Assembly (NCBI GenBank): GCA_965228475.1
Contig: OZ245817.1
Span: forward strand, 160,001-224,000
Direction of reading: 5' to 3'
Length of the DNA stretch: 64,000 bases
DNA from: Myxococcota bacterium
GTDB taxonomy: Bacteria; Myxococcota_A; UBA9160; JAFDDA01
Below, one piece after another: positions 17,697 through 27,379 of the stretch. Each line of letters begins with the position of its first letter. The first letter of the stretch is position 1. The notes below the pieces were generated by a model. The model was given only the letters and a program-made list of their open reading frames with translations, had not been told where the DNA came from and did not search any database. The translations under genes and the position numbers were made by a program.

Positions 17697-17966
17697 CTAG
17701 ATGCCGAGCCGCGCGAGCGCGTCGGCCACGGCGCCGACGGCGGCCGTCAGGTTCGGATGCGACTCCTCGAACTGGAGGCCCGCTTCGCGAACCCGCTCGA
17801 CCAGGGAGTCCTCTTCGTCGGAGTCCGGACGCTCCGCTTCGAGCCGGCCTTCGACCTCCTCGAGCACGGCGTCGAGGCGCGCCCGCTGCTCCGGGGTCAG
17901 CGGCTCGCCTCGCTCGAGCGTTTCGTGGACGTCCTTGACGCGGGCGCGAAGGGATTCGGGTGACAT
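17697..17966 (-). CDS. DUF4404 family protein
   Basis: C-terminal FEESHPNLT..VADALARLGI. Confidence 0.8.
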   Translation of the reverse strand: MSPESLRARVKDVHETLERGEPLTPEQRARLDAVLEEVEGRLEAERPDSDEEDSLVERVREAGLQFEESHPNLTAAVGAVADALARLGI

Positions 17967-18052
17967 GCCGAGACGCTAGCGGGCTCCGAGGGCGCCGCCA
18001 CGGCCCCGGCACTCCGGCCGAGCGCGATCCCGCACCCTGCTAGAGTGCCGCC

Positions 18053-19507
18053 ATGCTGCGACTCCTCCTCGTGTTCCTGGTTTCCCTCGTCGTCGCGGGA
18101 GGTTTCTTCTACCGCGCGCTCATGCCGCCGGCGCCGTTGGCCCTGCCGGAGCAGGGCGCACTTCTCCGAAACGTCACGGTCATCCAGCCCGGTGAGGGGC
18201 GTGTCCCCAACCAGCGGATCGCGATCGAAGGAGGCCGCATCGTCTCGCTCGAGCGTTCGACGGGCGCCGTGATCAACGACCCCTACGACGCGGCCTACGT
18301 CCTGCCCGGTCTGATCGACATGCACGTCCACTTCCCGCCCGACACGGGACTGCGTCAGGTGGAGATCGCCGCCTTCCTCTTCCTCTACCACGGCGTGACG
18401 ACCGTGCGCGACGCCGGCGATACCGACGGGACGAGCTCGACGCCCGTGCGGGAGGGCGTAGCCGGCGGCGCCTACCCCGGCCCCCGGAGCTTTGCCTGCG
18501 GACCGTTCTTCGACGGGCCCGAACCGATCTGGCCGAACTCGCGCGTCGTGACGACGCCCGAAGAAGCCACCGCCGCCGTCGTCGAGGTGGCCACCGCGGG
18601 TTGGGATTGCATCAAGGTCTACGACCGGCTGTCGCCCGAGGTGCTCGAAGCGATCCAGGCCGCAGCCAACCGTCACGGCCTCCCGGTGATCGGCCACGTT
18701 CCCCGTGCCGTTCCTTTCGAAGAGGCCCGCCTCGACGACGTGCAGCACATGACCGGCGTCCAGGACGTCGCGGGCAGCATGGAACCCTATCCCGAGATCC
18801 TCGCGGCCTGGGAAGACTTCGACGAGGAGCGCGCGGCGCGGATCGAGGCCGCTGCGCTCGAGCACGACATCGCCTTCACGCCGACGCTCGTCACGACGGA
18901 ACGGGGCATCGCCTACGACGACTACGAAGCGCTGCGAGCGGGGCCCGACGCGTCGCTGCTTCCGCGCTTCTATGCCGACGTGGTCTGGAGCCCGACCGAA
19001 GGCCTTCCGTTCCTTCGCGAGCGGACCCCTGCCGGGACGGCGTTGATGCGGGCGGCCTACCCGAAGGTGGCGTCCTTCGTCGGCCGCCTCGTGGAGGCGG
19101 GCGCGACCGTTCACGCCGGAACGGACACCCAGATCGCCTTCATCGTGCCGGGCATCGCCTTGCACCGGGAGATCCGGCTGCTGGCCGAAGACGCCGGCCT
19201 CGGGCCCGAGGCGGCCCTCGCCGCCGCGACGACCGTTCCGGGGGAATCCCTGCCCGTCGCCCAGCTCGGGCGCATCGAGCCGGGCGCCCCCGCCGACCTC
19301 GTCGTCTTCCGCCGCGACCCGACCTTCGACCTCGCGGGCCTCGACGACATCCTCGCCGTGGTGGCGGACGGGCGGCTCTACACCCGGGCGGATCTCGACG
19401 CCCAGCTCGCGCGCTACCGCGAGTACTACGAGAACCCGGTCTTCGATCGCGTCTCGAAGTTCCTCGTGCGCCGGGTGATGGCGAGCCTCTTCGACGAGGG
19501 CTCCTAG
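18053..19507 (+). CDS. Amidohydrolase family protein (N-terminal anchor)
   Basis: PGLIDMHVH, GVTTVRDAG, IKVY, AGTD, GAPADLV. Confidence 0.88.
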   Translation: MLRLLLVFLVSLVVAGGFFYRALMPPAPLALPEQGALLRNVTVIQPGEGRVPNQRIAIEGGRIVSLERSTGAVINDPYDAAYVLPGLIDMHVHFPPDTGLRQVEIAAFLFLYHGVTTVRDAGDTDGTSSTPVREGVAGGAYPGPRSFACGPFFDGPEPIWPNSRVVTTPEEATAAVVEVATAGWDCIKVYDRLSPEVLEAIQAAANRHGLPVIGHVPRAVPFEEARLDDVQHMTGVQDVAGSMEPYPEILAAWEDFDEERAARIEAAALEHDIAFTPTLVTTERGIAYDDYEALRAGPDASLLPRFYADVVWSPTEGLPFLRERTPAGTALMRAAYPKVASFVGRLVEAGATVHAGTDTQIAFIVPGIALHREIRLLAEDAGLGPEAALAAATTVPGESLPVAQLGRIEPGAPADLVVFRRDPTFDLAGLDDILAVVADGRLYTRADLDAQLARYREYYENPVFDRVSKFLVRRVMASLFDEGS

Positions 19508-19516
19508 GAGGCAAGC

Positions 19517-20440
19517 GTGCGAATCATGAGGATCGGCCTGATCGTGCTCGCGGTGGCCGCCGCCGTCAGTGCGAGCATCTACTCCTACCTGACCGGGCGC
19601 GAGGCCGTCCCCGTCCGCAGCGCCTACGCCCTCGACATCGCCGAGATCCGCCGCCTGGCGGAGTCGATCCCGGGGCCGAAGCCGGTGCGGATCCGCTCGG
19701 AGCTCGTCGCCGAGGCGACGCTCCCGCGCGGCGCGCTCTACGCGGGCGACTCCCTGCGCGAGAAGCACCGCATGGTCCACCAGGCGTACCAGGTCGTCTT
19801 CCCCGACCGCTTCCTCGTCCTCGACGCCGCCTTCGATGCGGCGATGCACGCGGAGATGGATGCCGAGGGCCTGCCCTTCCACGAAGACGCCTTTGCCCGG
19901 GTGCAGGCCGCCCTGCCCCGGGCCGACGCGATCTTCATCACCCACGAGCACGGCGACCACATCCGGGGCATCGCCGTCCATCCCGAGCCCGAAGCCCTGG
20001 CCGGCCGGCTGCGGCTCACGAAGGAGCAGCTCGCGAACACCGCGCGCCTCGACGCCGTGGATCTGCCCGAAGTGCTGCGCGCCGGCGATCCCCTCGACTA
20101 CGAGCCGTACCTCGCCTTCGCACCGGGGGTCGTGCTGGTGAAGGCCGCGGGGCACACGCCGGGAAGCCAGCTCCTCTACGTGGCCCTCGCCGACGGCAAC
20201 GAGTTCCTCTTCATCGGCGACGTCGCCTGGCACATGGACGCGATCCGCCGGCTCCACTACCGCCCGCGCCTCGTGACCGACCACTTCCTGAACGAAGACC
20301 GCCGGGCGGTGCTCGCCCAGTTCCGGGCGCTGCACGATCTCGACAAGGCCCACCCGGAGGTCCAGATCGTGGTCTCCCACGATCCCGCCCAGCGCAAGCG
20401 GCTCCAGACGGAAGGCCGGATCGGCGCCCGCTTCGAGTAG
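19517..20440 (+). CDS. MBL-fold metallo-hydrolase (secreted or anchored)
   Basis: THEHGDHI, GHTPGS, IGD, SHD. Confidence 0.88.
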   Translation: MRIMRIGLIVLAVAAAVSASIYSYLTGREAVPVRSAYALDIAEIRRLAESIPGPKPVRIRSELVAEATLPRGALYAGDSLREKHRMVHQAYQVVFPDRFLVLDAAFDAAMHAEMDAEGLPFHEDAFARVQAALPRADAIFITHEHGDHIRGIAVHPEPEALAGRLRLTKEQLANTARLDAVDLPEVLRAGDPLDYEPYLAFAPGVVLVKAAGHTPGSQLLYVALADGNEFLFIGDVAWHMDAIRRLHYRPRLVTDHFLNEDRRAVLAQFRALHDLDKAHPEVQIVVSHDPAQRKRLQTEGRIGARFE

Positions 20441-20624
20441 GCACGCAGGTCTCCCGCACTTCCTGCGCACCCCACGGGGAAGAAACGTCACCCCCTTTAC
20501 AGTCGAGCCCACTCTCTAGTACGGTGCCGACCCTACTTACCGAACGTTAAGCTCCGGTCTGGGCCATTCGGCCCCAGTCCGTGCTGGCGAACGCAACGAC
20601 CTCCTGCTGCGAAGGCGACGACCC

Positions 20625-23156
20625 ATGCTCCAGAAGAACCGGAATCTCACCAGGACCCTGCTCGCGATGTTCTTGTCCATCGCCGTCTCGGGCTGCATCC
20701 CGGAGCACGAGCTGGCCTTCAAGTGGCCCCTCGACGGGGGCGTGCTCGGCGCGACCGACGCGACCTTCGTGATCAAGCTCCCCGGCACCGAGGACCCGAC
20801 GATCTACCTCGACGGCGAACTCGTCGACCCGTCCCAGTGGACCCGCTTCCAGCAGCGCGTCGAGGGTTCCCTCGCCGGCATCGAGCCGGGCCCGCACACC
20901 CTGCGCGTGACCTACCCGATCGCCGGGCCGCTCCGCAGCGAGGCCGAGACGAGCTTCGAGATCTACGGCGCTGCGAGCTTCAAGGTGCGCGGCAGCCTCG
21001 AGCAGGTCTTCGTGACGGGCGCCGAGCCCGGCCAGGCCCTCGTGCTGTACGACACGCTCGGCGGACATACCGCCGAGGCCACCGCCGACTACCAGGGCAG
21101 CCACATCTTCCGCGAAGTGAAGCCCTTCGACGGCTACGCCGTCGCGAGCGGCGACGGCTCGGAGATCTCCCCCGCGGTCGAGGTGCGGGCCGTCGAAGGC
21201 AGCGTGCCGCCCCAGGAGTTCTACGAGGCCCAGACCCTCGAGCCCGGCTTCGGCTACCTCACCATGCGCGACCGCACGAAGCTCTCGGTCTACGTGCAGC
21301 TCCCGGGCCCGGTGGAAGACGGCCCCTACCCGACGCTCGTGAACTACTCGGGCTACTCGCCCTCGGAGCCGGCCGGGTCGCTCCCGATCTCGGGCATCGA
21401 CGTCACCCCCTTCTGCGGCGACTTCCCGGTGCTGTGCGACCCGCCGAACCACCCCTCGGGCATCATCGCCGGCGTCTTCGGCTACGCGACGGTCGGCGTG
21501 AACATGCGCGGCACGGGCTGCTCGGGCGGCGCCTACGACTTCTTCGAGCCGCTCCAGGTCACCGACGGCTACGACATCATCGAGGCCGTGGCGGCCCAGG
21601 ATTGGGTGCGGCACAACGAGGTCGGCATGATCGGGATCTCCTTCCCGGGCATCAGCCAGCTCTTCACCGCCCAGGCGAACCCGCCGAGCCTCGCCGCGAT
21701 CACGCCGCTTTCGGTGATCTCCGGCGCCGACACGACCCTCGGGCCGGGCGGCATCATCAACGACGGCTTCGCCGTCGAATGGGCGACGCAGGTGCTGAAC
21801 CGGGCCGACCCCTACGGCCAGGGCTGGGAACAGGGCCAGGTCGACGGGGGTGACACGATCTGCGAGGAGAACCAGCTCCTGCACTCCCAGAAGGTCGACA
21901 TCATCGAGAAGGCCTTCGAGAATCAGTTCTACACGCCCGAGATCTACGACCCGTTGAACCCGCGCTCGTTCGTCGACCGCATCGACGTGCCGGTCTTCAC
22001 GGTGGGTCAGTGGCAGGACGAGCAGACCGGCGGCCACTTCCCGGACCTCTGGAACCGCTTCGAGAACGCGCCGCTCCTGCGCTTCACCGGCCTGAACGGC
22101 GCGCACGCCGACGGCTTTTCGCCGGTCGTGCTCGCGGAGTGGAAGAACTTCCTCGACTTCTACGTCGCGAAGGAGGTGCGGCCGACGCCGTTCCTGATCC
22201 AGATCTTCGCGCCGCTCCTGTTCGACGCGATCTTCGGGGCGCCGGTGGCGGTGCCGCCGGACCGCTTCACGGGCATGAGCTACGCGGACGCACTCGCCGC
22301 CTACGAGGCCGAGCCCCAGGGCCGGATCCTCCTCGAGATGGGCGGCGGCGATGCGGCGCCGGGTGCCCCGGAGCCGCGCTTCGAGTTCGACGTCAGCGAG
22401 TGGCCGCCGCCCTCGACCGTCGCCGAGCGCTGGTACCTGCAGGAGGACGGCTCGCTCTCGCCGGTCGCGCCGGCCGTCGCGGAATCCGCCTCGACCTTCC
22501 AGCACGACAACGAGAAGGGCCAGGAGACCTACGACGTGAACGGCTCCTTCGAGCGGGCACTCACGGACATCCAGTGGCTGCCCTGGCAGGAAGGCCGCCA
22601 GGCGGTCTGGCTGTCCGAGCCGCTGCTCGCGGACAAGGTGCTGCTCGGCCACGCGAGCGCGGACCTCTGGATCCAGTCGACGGCGGAGGATGCCGACCTC
22701 GAGGTGATGCTTTCGGAGGTCCGCCCCGATGGCCAGGAGAGCTACATCACGAGCGGCTGGCTGCGGGCGAGCCGGCGCAAGCTCGACGCCGCCGAGTCGA
22801 CGGAGCTCAAGCCGAAGCAGACCCACCTCGAAGCGGACCAGGCGCCGCTTCCGGCCGGCCAGTGGGAGCTCGTGCGGGTGGAGATCTATCCCTTCGCCCA
22901 CGTGCTGCGCGCCGGTTCGCAGCTGCGCATGTCGGTCGCGACGCCGGGAAGCAACAAGGGCCGCTGGAAGTTCGACGTGCTGCAGTTCGAGGAGGACGTG
23001 ACCCACTCGGTTTCGCACTCGGCGGCGTATCCCTCGAGCGTGGTCCTGCCGGTGATCCCCGGCGTGGCGGTACCGGGCGGCCTCTCGGCGTGCCCGGGTC
23101 TTCGCGGGCAGTACTGCCGGGACTACGTGCCGCACACGAACGCGCTGGCCGACTAG
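20625..23156 (+). CDS. CocE/NonD (peptidase S15-like) hydrolase lipoprotein
   Basis: Lipobox VSGC; NMRGTGCSGG; nucleophile GISFPG; C-terminal HVLRAGSQLR..SSVVLPV. Confidence 0.88.
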   Translation: MLQKNRNLTRTLLAMFLSIAVSGCIPEHELAFKWPLDGGVLGATDATFVIKLPGTEDPTIYLDGELVDPSQWTRFQQRVEGSLAGIEPGPHTLRVTYPIAGPLRSEAETSFEIYGAASFKVRGSLEQVFVTGAEPGQALVLYDTLGGHTAEATADYQGSHIFREVKPFDGYAVASGDGSEISPAVEVRAVEGSVPPQEFYEAQTLEPGFGYLTMRDRTKLSVYVQLPGPVEDGPYPTLVNYSGYSPSEPAGSLPISGIDVTPFCGDFPVLCDPPNHPSGIIAGVFGYATVGVNMRGTGCSGGAYDFFEPLQVTDGYDIIEAVAAQDWVRHNEVGMIGISFPGISQLFTAQANPPSLAAITPLSVISGADTTLGPGGIINDGFAVEWATQVLNRADPYGQGWEQGQVDGGDTICEENQLLHSQKVDIIEKAFENQFYTPEIYDPLNPRSFVDRIDVPVFTVGQWQDEQTGGHFPDLWNRFENAPLLRFTGLNGAHADGFSPVVLAEWKNFLDFYVAKEVRPTPFLIQIFAPLLFDAIFGAPVAVPPDRFTGMSYADALAAYEAEPQGRILLEMGGGDAAPGAPEPRFEFDVSEWPPPSTVAERWYLQEDGSLSPVAPAVAESASTFQHDNEKGQETYDVNGSFERALTDIQWLPWQEGRQAVWLSEPLLADKVLLGHASADLWIQSTAEDADLEVMLSEVRPDGQESYITSGWLRASRRKLDAAESTELKPKQTHLEADQAPLPAGQWELVRVEIYPFAHVLRAGSQLRMSVATPGSNKGRWKFDVLQFEEDVTHSVSHSAAYPSSVVLPVIPGVAVPGGLSACPGLRGQYCRDYVPHTNALAD

Positions 23157-23181
23157 CGCCGGCCGCCGCGCGAACGTTCGC

Positions 23182-23222
23182 GAAGCCCCCGGATCCGCTG
23201 CGGTCCGGGGGCTTCTTCGTTC
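23182..23222 (+). terminator. Intrinsic terminator hairpin between convergent genes
   Basis: GAAGCCCCCGGA-loop-TCCGGGGGCTTC followed by TTCGTTT. Confidence 0.75.
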
Positions 23223-23238
23223 GGGGCGTTCCTTCGCC

Positions 23239-24051
23239 CTACAGGTGCCGGAGGAAGGCCTCGGGCCGGTTCAGGAAGTCGCGCGTGAGCCGCACGTGCT
23301 CGAGGCTCTCGTAGTCGACCTCGCGCACCGGCGATTCGTCGAAGGACAGGATGCGCGCACCCGGCAGGGCCATCAGGATCGGGGAGTGGGTCGCGATCAG
23401 GAACTGGCTTCCGTCTTCGCGGCTGGCCTCGATCAGGAGCGAGAGCAGGGTGAGCTGGCGCGCCGGGGAGAGCGGCACTTCGGGTTCGTCGAGCAGGTAG
23501 AGCCCCTCGGGCACGAGCCGGTCCTGGAAGAAGGCGAGGAACTGCTCGCCGTGGGAGCGCGCGTCCATGTCTTCGCCGTAGCGTGAGCCGAGGGCGCCGG
23601 CCGAGTTCGTGAAGGGGCTCGCGATGCGGCGTTGCTCGCCTTCGGGCTTTTCCGCGTTGTCCGCGAAGACCCGCGCCGCTTCGCGCTCGTGCCATGCCTT
23701 CTCCTGGCCGACCCGCTTCACGTATCCGAAGAAGTCCTCCGCGCGCAGGAAGAAGCCCCGGTGGCTGCGGCGGTGGAAGACGGGCCGCAGCGCTTCGCCG
23801 AGCGGGCGGACGTGCTCGAGGGTGGCGTCGGCCTCCACGCCCTCGCTGCCGGCCGTCACCATGCGCAGGGCCCAGGCGAGCGCTTCGAGGAAGGTGCTCT
23901 TCCCCGAGCCGTTCTCGCCCACGAGGAACGTCACGGGCGTCGGGAAGTCGAGGCTGCCGAGGCCGCGCAGGGCCGGGATCGTGAAGGGGAAGGCGTCGGC
24001 TTCGACGGCGTCGAGCCGGACGGAGCGAAGCGCGGGCTCTCCGCCGGACAT
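23239..24051 (-). CDS. Predicted ABC-type ATPase (COG3910-like)
   Basis: GENGSGKST, FFLRAEDF, SHGEQFL, LLDEPE, IATHSPIL. Confidence 0.88.
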   Translation of the reverse strand: MSGGEPALRSVRLDAVEADAFPFTIPALRGLGSLDFPTPVTFLVGENGSGKSTFLEALAWALRMVTAGSEGVEADATLEHVRPLGEALRPVFHRRSHRGFFLRAEDFFGYVKRVGQEKAWHEREAARVFADNAEKPEGEQRRIASPFTNSAGALGSRYGEDMDARSHGEQFLAFFQDRLVPEGLYLLDEPEVPLSPARQLTLLSLLIEASREDGSQFLIATHSPILMALPGARILSFDESPVREVDYESLEHVRLTRDFLNRPEAFLRHL

Positions 24052-25239
24052 CTAGCCGCCGGAGACCGCGTCCGCCGCTTCGAGCTCGGCAGCCGGCGGC
24101 GTCGCGTCGTCGAGGTCGTCGAGGTAGCCCTCGGGCAGGGTCACCTTCTGTTTGCGCCCGCGCTTTCCGCGGCGCGCGCGCATGGCCGCCGGCGGGAAGG
24201 GCTCCATGGCGTCCGGCTCGGCGAGCACGGCGTCGAGTTCGTCGAGGGAATCGATGCGGATCAGGCGGTCGCGCAGCCGCGCGCTGCCCGGGAAACCCTT
24301 CGTGTACCAGGTGGCGTGTTTGCGGAAGTCCCGCGCGCCCCAGGGGTGCCCCATCCAGTCGACCAGCCGCTTGGCGTGGTCCCGCATCACGGCGGCGATC
24401 TCGCCGAAGCGCGGCGGGTCCGCCGGCTCGCGGCCTGCGAAGACGTCGGCCAGATCCCGGAAGAGCCACGGCCGTCCGAGGCAGCCGCGGCCGACCACGA
24501 CGCCGTCGCAGCCGGTCGTGCGCATCATGCGCAGGGCGTCGTAGGCCTCCCAGATGTCGCCGTTGCCGAGCACCGGGATCGTGCGCACGGCCTCCTTGAG
24601 CCGGGCGATAGTGTTCCAATCGGCTTCGCCCTCGTAGAGCTGGGCGGCGGTGCGCCCGTGGAGCGCCACGGCGGCGCAGCCCTCGCCCTCGGCGATGCGG
24701 CCGGTCTCGAGGAAAGTGTGCAGACGTTCGTCGATGCCGACGCGGAACTTGATGGTGACGGGGATGTCGCCCGCCGCGCCCACCGCCGCCTCGATGATCG
24801 AGCGCAGCAGGTTCGGCTTCACCGGGATCGCGGCGCCGCCGCCGCGCCGGGTCACCTTGCGCACCGGGCAGCCGAAGTTCAGGTCGATGTGGTCGACGTG
24901 GCCTTCGCCGACGAGGAAGCGCACGGCCTCGCGCGTGTAGTGGGCATCGACGGCGTAGAGCTGGAGGCTCCGCGGCGATTCGCTCGGATCGAACCCGGCC
25001 AGGCGCAGGGTCTTCGCGCTGCCTTCGACGAGGGCCCGCGCGGCGATCATCTCGCTCACGTAGAGGCCGCCCCCGAAGCCGCGGCAGAGCGTCCGGAACG
25101 GTGGGTTCGTGATGCCTGCCATCGGCGCGAGCACGACGGGCTGCGGCAACTCGAGGGGTCCGATGCGCAGCGGTGCGAACTCCCCCGGCCGAGCGGGCGG
25201 GACGTCGCGGTTCGCTTCGCCGACGTAGATCGGGTCCAC
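24052..25239 (-). CDS. dusB: tRNA-dihydrouridine synthase
   Basis: LAPMAGITN, DLNFGCPV, HGRT, GNGDI, GRGCLGRPW; GTG start overlaps upstream TAG. Confidence 0.9.
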   Translation of the reverse strand: MDPIYVGEANRDVPPARPGEFAPLRIGPLELPQPVVLAPMAGITNPPFRTLCRGFGGGLYVSEMIAARALVEGSAKTLRLAGFDPSESPRSLQLYAVDAHYTREAVRFLVGEGHVDHIDLNFGCPVRKVTRRGGGAAIPVKPNLLRSIIEAAVGAAGDIPVTIKFRVGIDERLHTFLETGRIAEGEGCAAVALHGRTAAQLYEGEADWNTIARLKEAVRTIPVLGNGDIWEAYDALRMMRTTGCDGVVVGRGCLGRPWLFRDLADVFAGREPADPPRFGEIAAVMRDHAKRLVDWMGHPWGARDFRKHATWYTKGFPGSARLRDRLIRIDSLDELDAVLAEPDAMEPFPPAAMRARRGKRGRKQKVTLPEGYLDDLDDATPPAAELEAADAVSGG

Positions 25240-26306
25240 TAGAGAAGCTCGTCGATCCGGATCGGCCGGCCTTCCGCGGCCGACCGCTCGGCGGCGGCCC
25301 CCATGGCCACGGCCATCAGCCCGTCGTGGGCGGTCACTGCGGCGGAGCCGCCTTCGAGGACCGCGGCGCGGAAGGCCAGGTGCGCGGCGAAGGTGCTGCC
25401 GTGGTGGGCTCCGGCCGCAAGGACGTCGGAGTCGACGTCGATCGTCTCGGTCTTCACCTCTCGCGGGTGGCGGCGGCCGACGACGAGGGTCGACTCCGGG
25501 ATGAAGCACTCGACCTTGCCGACGTCGCCCGTGGCGGCGATCTCCTGCTCGTTGCGGGAGCCCTCGGCGAACATGCAGAGGTCGAGCAGCCCGCGCGCGC
25601 CGCTCGCGAAGTCGACGGTGACGAAGCCGTTGTCGAGGATGTCGGGCCGCTCGCCTTCGTACTCTTCCTCGAGATGGTTCACGTCCATTCCGGCCGAGGC
25701 GTAGACGCGCACCGGCTCGGAGCCGGTGATGAGCCGCATGAGGTCGAAGAAGTGGCAGCACTTCTCGACGAAGGTGCCGCCGGTGTTGCGGGAGAAGCGG
25801 TTCCAATCGCCGATCTTCGGCAGGAACGGGTAGCGGTGCTCGCGGATGGCCACCATGCGCAGCGTGCCGATCGTACCGGCGCGCACCTCTTCGACGAGGC
25901 GCGCGATGGGCGCCATGTAGCGGTACTCCATGCCGACCCAGAACACGCCCGGGTGTTTCTCGGCGAGCTCGACCACGCGCTTCGCGTCCTCGACCGTGGT
26001 GCAGAGCGGTTTCTCGCAGAGCACGTGCTTGCCGCTGGCGAAGACGTCCGCGAGCACGTCGGCGTGGGTGTGGTTCGGGCTCGCCACGACCACCGCGTCG
26101 ACGCCTTCGTCCGCGAGCAGCTCGCGGTGATCCTCGTAGGCGCGGGCGGCTTCGCCGACGAGCTGCTCGGTCCACCAGCGCTGCTCGCTCGAAGGGTCGG
26201 AGTACGCGACGACGTCGGCGCCCGGGACGAGCGCGAGGTTGCGGGCGTGCTCGTGCCCCATCATGCCGGTCCCGATGATCCCGTAGCGGACGGTGCGCTC
26301 GCTCAC
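25239..26306 (-). CDS. Gfo/Idh/MocA oxidoreductase, likely NAD+-dependent sulfoquinovosidase (GH188/SqgA-like)
   Basis: GTGMMG, CEKP, EHRYPFLPKIGDWNRF..TGGTFVEKCCHFFDLM; next to an smoC-like gene. Confidence 0.72.
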   Translation of the reverse strand: MSERTVRYGIIGTGMMGHEHARNLALVPGADVVAYSDPSSEQRWWTEQLVGEAARAYEDHRELLADEGVDAVVVASPNHTHADVLADVFASGKHVLCEKPLCTTVEDAKRVVELAEKHPGVFWVGMEYRYMAPIARLVEEVRAGTIGTLRMVAIREHRYPFLPKIGDWNRFSRNTGGTFVEKCCHFFDLMRLITGSEPVRVYASAGMDVNHLEEEYEGERPDILDNGFVTVDFASGARGLLDLCMFAEGSRNEQEIAATGDVGKVECFIPESTLVVGRRHPREVKTETIDVDSDVLAAGAHHGSTFAAHLAFRAAVLEGGSAAVTAHDGLMAVAMGAAAERSAAEGRPIRIDELL

Positions 26307-27379
26307 GCCGAGGCTCCCGGCGTGAGCGGGCCGTGGTCGAGATGCGGCAGCACGTGGCGGGCGAACAGGTCGCACTCCGCCGCGTGCGGGTAGCCCGAGA
26401 GGATGAAGGCTTCGATGCCGAGGGCCTGGTAGGCCTGGAGCTTCGCGAGCACCTGGTCCGGGTCGCCGACGATGGCCGCGCCGCAGCCCGAGCGCGCGCG
26501 GCCGACGCCGGTCCAGAGGTTCGGTTCGGCGTAGCCGTCGTCGCTCGCGCCCTCGCGCAGCTCGGCCTGGCGCGCCACGCCCGCGGAACCCGAATCGAGG
26601 GACTTCTTGCGGATCGCCTCGCCGGTCGGGTCGTCGAGCTTCGAGACGAGGCGGTCGGCGGCGGCCCGTGCCTCGGCCTCGGTCTCCCGCACGATCACGT
26701 GGGCGCGGTAGCCGAAGCGGAGCGTCCGGCCGTGCTTCTCGGCCCGCGCACGCATGTCGGCGAGGGTCGCCTCGACCGCGGGCAGGGTGTCCGGCCACAT
26801 CAAGAAGACGTCGGCCCCGGCGGCAGCGACTTCGCGGGCCGGTTCCGACATGCCGCCGAAGTAGAAGGGCGGGCAGCGCCCGGAGACCGTGCCCACGGCC
26901 GGCGGGTCGAGGGAGACGTCGATGAACTCGCCGTGGAAGTCGACGGGCTTGCCGTCGAGCAGCGTCCGGAGCACCTGCATGATCTCGAGGGTGCGGGCGT
27001 AGCGCGGGGCACTCTCGAGGGTCTGCCCCGGCAGGTCCGAGGAGATGATGTTGATGGTGAGCCGCCCGCGAAGCATCTGGTCGAGGGTGGCGAGCTGCCG
27101 GGCGAGCTGCGGCGGCCAGAGCTCTCCGCAGCGCACGGCAACGAGCAGCTGGATCTGACGCAAGAGCGGTGCGACCCCGCCGGCAAAGGCGATCGAGTCG
27201 ATGCCGAGGCCGTAGCCCGAGGGCAGCAGGATGTTGTCGTAGCCGTGGCGGTCCGCCGTGAGCACGATGTTCCTGCAGTGCTCGTAGCTCGAGCGCAGTG
27301 CGGGGTCGGGCACACCGAGGAACTCGTAGTCGTCGTCGCAGAGCGCGGAAAACCAGCTCACTTCCACCGGTCCACTCAT
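26303..27379 (-). CDS. LLM flavin-dependent monooxygenase, sulfoquinovose monooxygenase-like (SmoC/SquD)
   Basis: EVSWFSALCDDDY.FLGVPD..LRSSYEHC, RCGE, NIISSDLPG, EPNLWTGVGRARSGCGAAIVG, ILSGYPH. Confidence 0.78.
   Translation of the reverse strand: MSGPVEVSWFSALCDDDYEFLGVPDPALRSSYEHCRNIVLTADRHGYDNILLPSGYGLGIDSIAFAGGVAPLLRQIQLLVAVRCGELWPPQLARQLATLDQMLRGRLTINIISSDLPGQTLESAPRYARTLEIMQVLRTLLDGKPVDFHGEFIDVSLDPPAVGTVSGRCPPFYFGGMSEPAREVAAAGADVFLMWPDTLPAVEATLADMRARAEKHGRTLRFGYRAHVIVRETEAEARAAADRLVSKLDDPTGEAIRKKSLDSGSAGVARQAELREGASDDGYAEPNLWTGVGRARSGCGAAIVGDPDQVLAKLQAYQALGIEAFILSGYPHAAECDLFARHVLPHLDHGPLTPGASA

Noticed and set aside
11725..17966. Run of small co-oriented genes resembling an integron cassette array
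   Set aside because: Genes overlap or abut, there are no attC-like repeats between them, and no integrase is present.
20530..20560. KstR-like operator upstream of the CocE/NonD gene (ACCGAACGTTAAG)
   Set aside because: Does not fit the TnnAACnnGTTnnA spacing; too weak to call.
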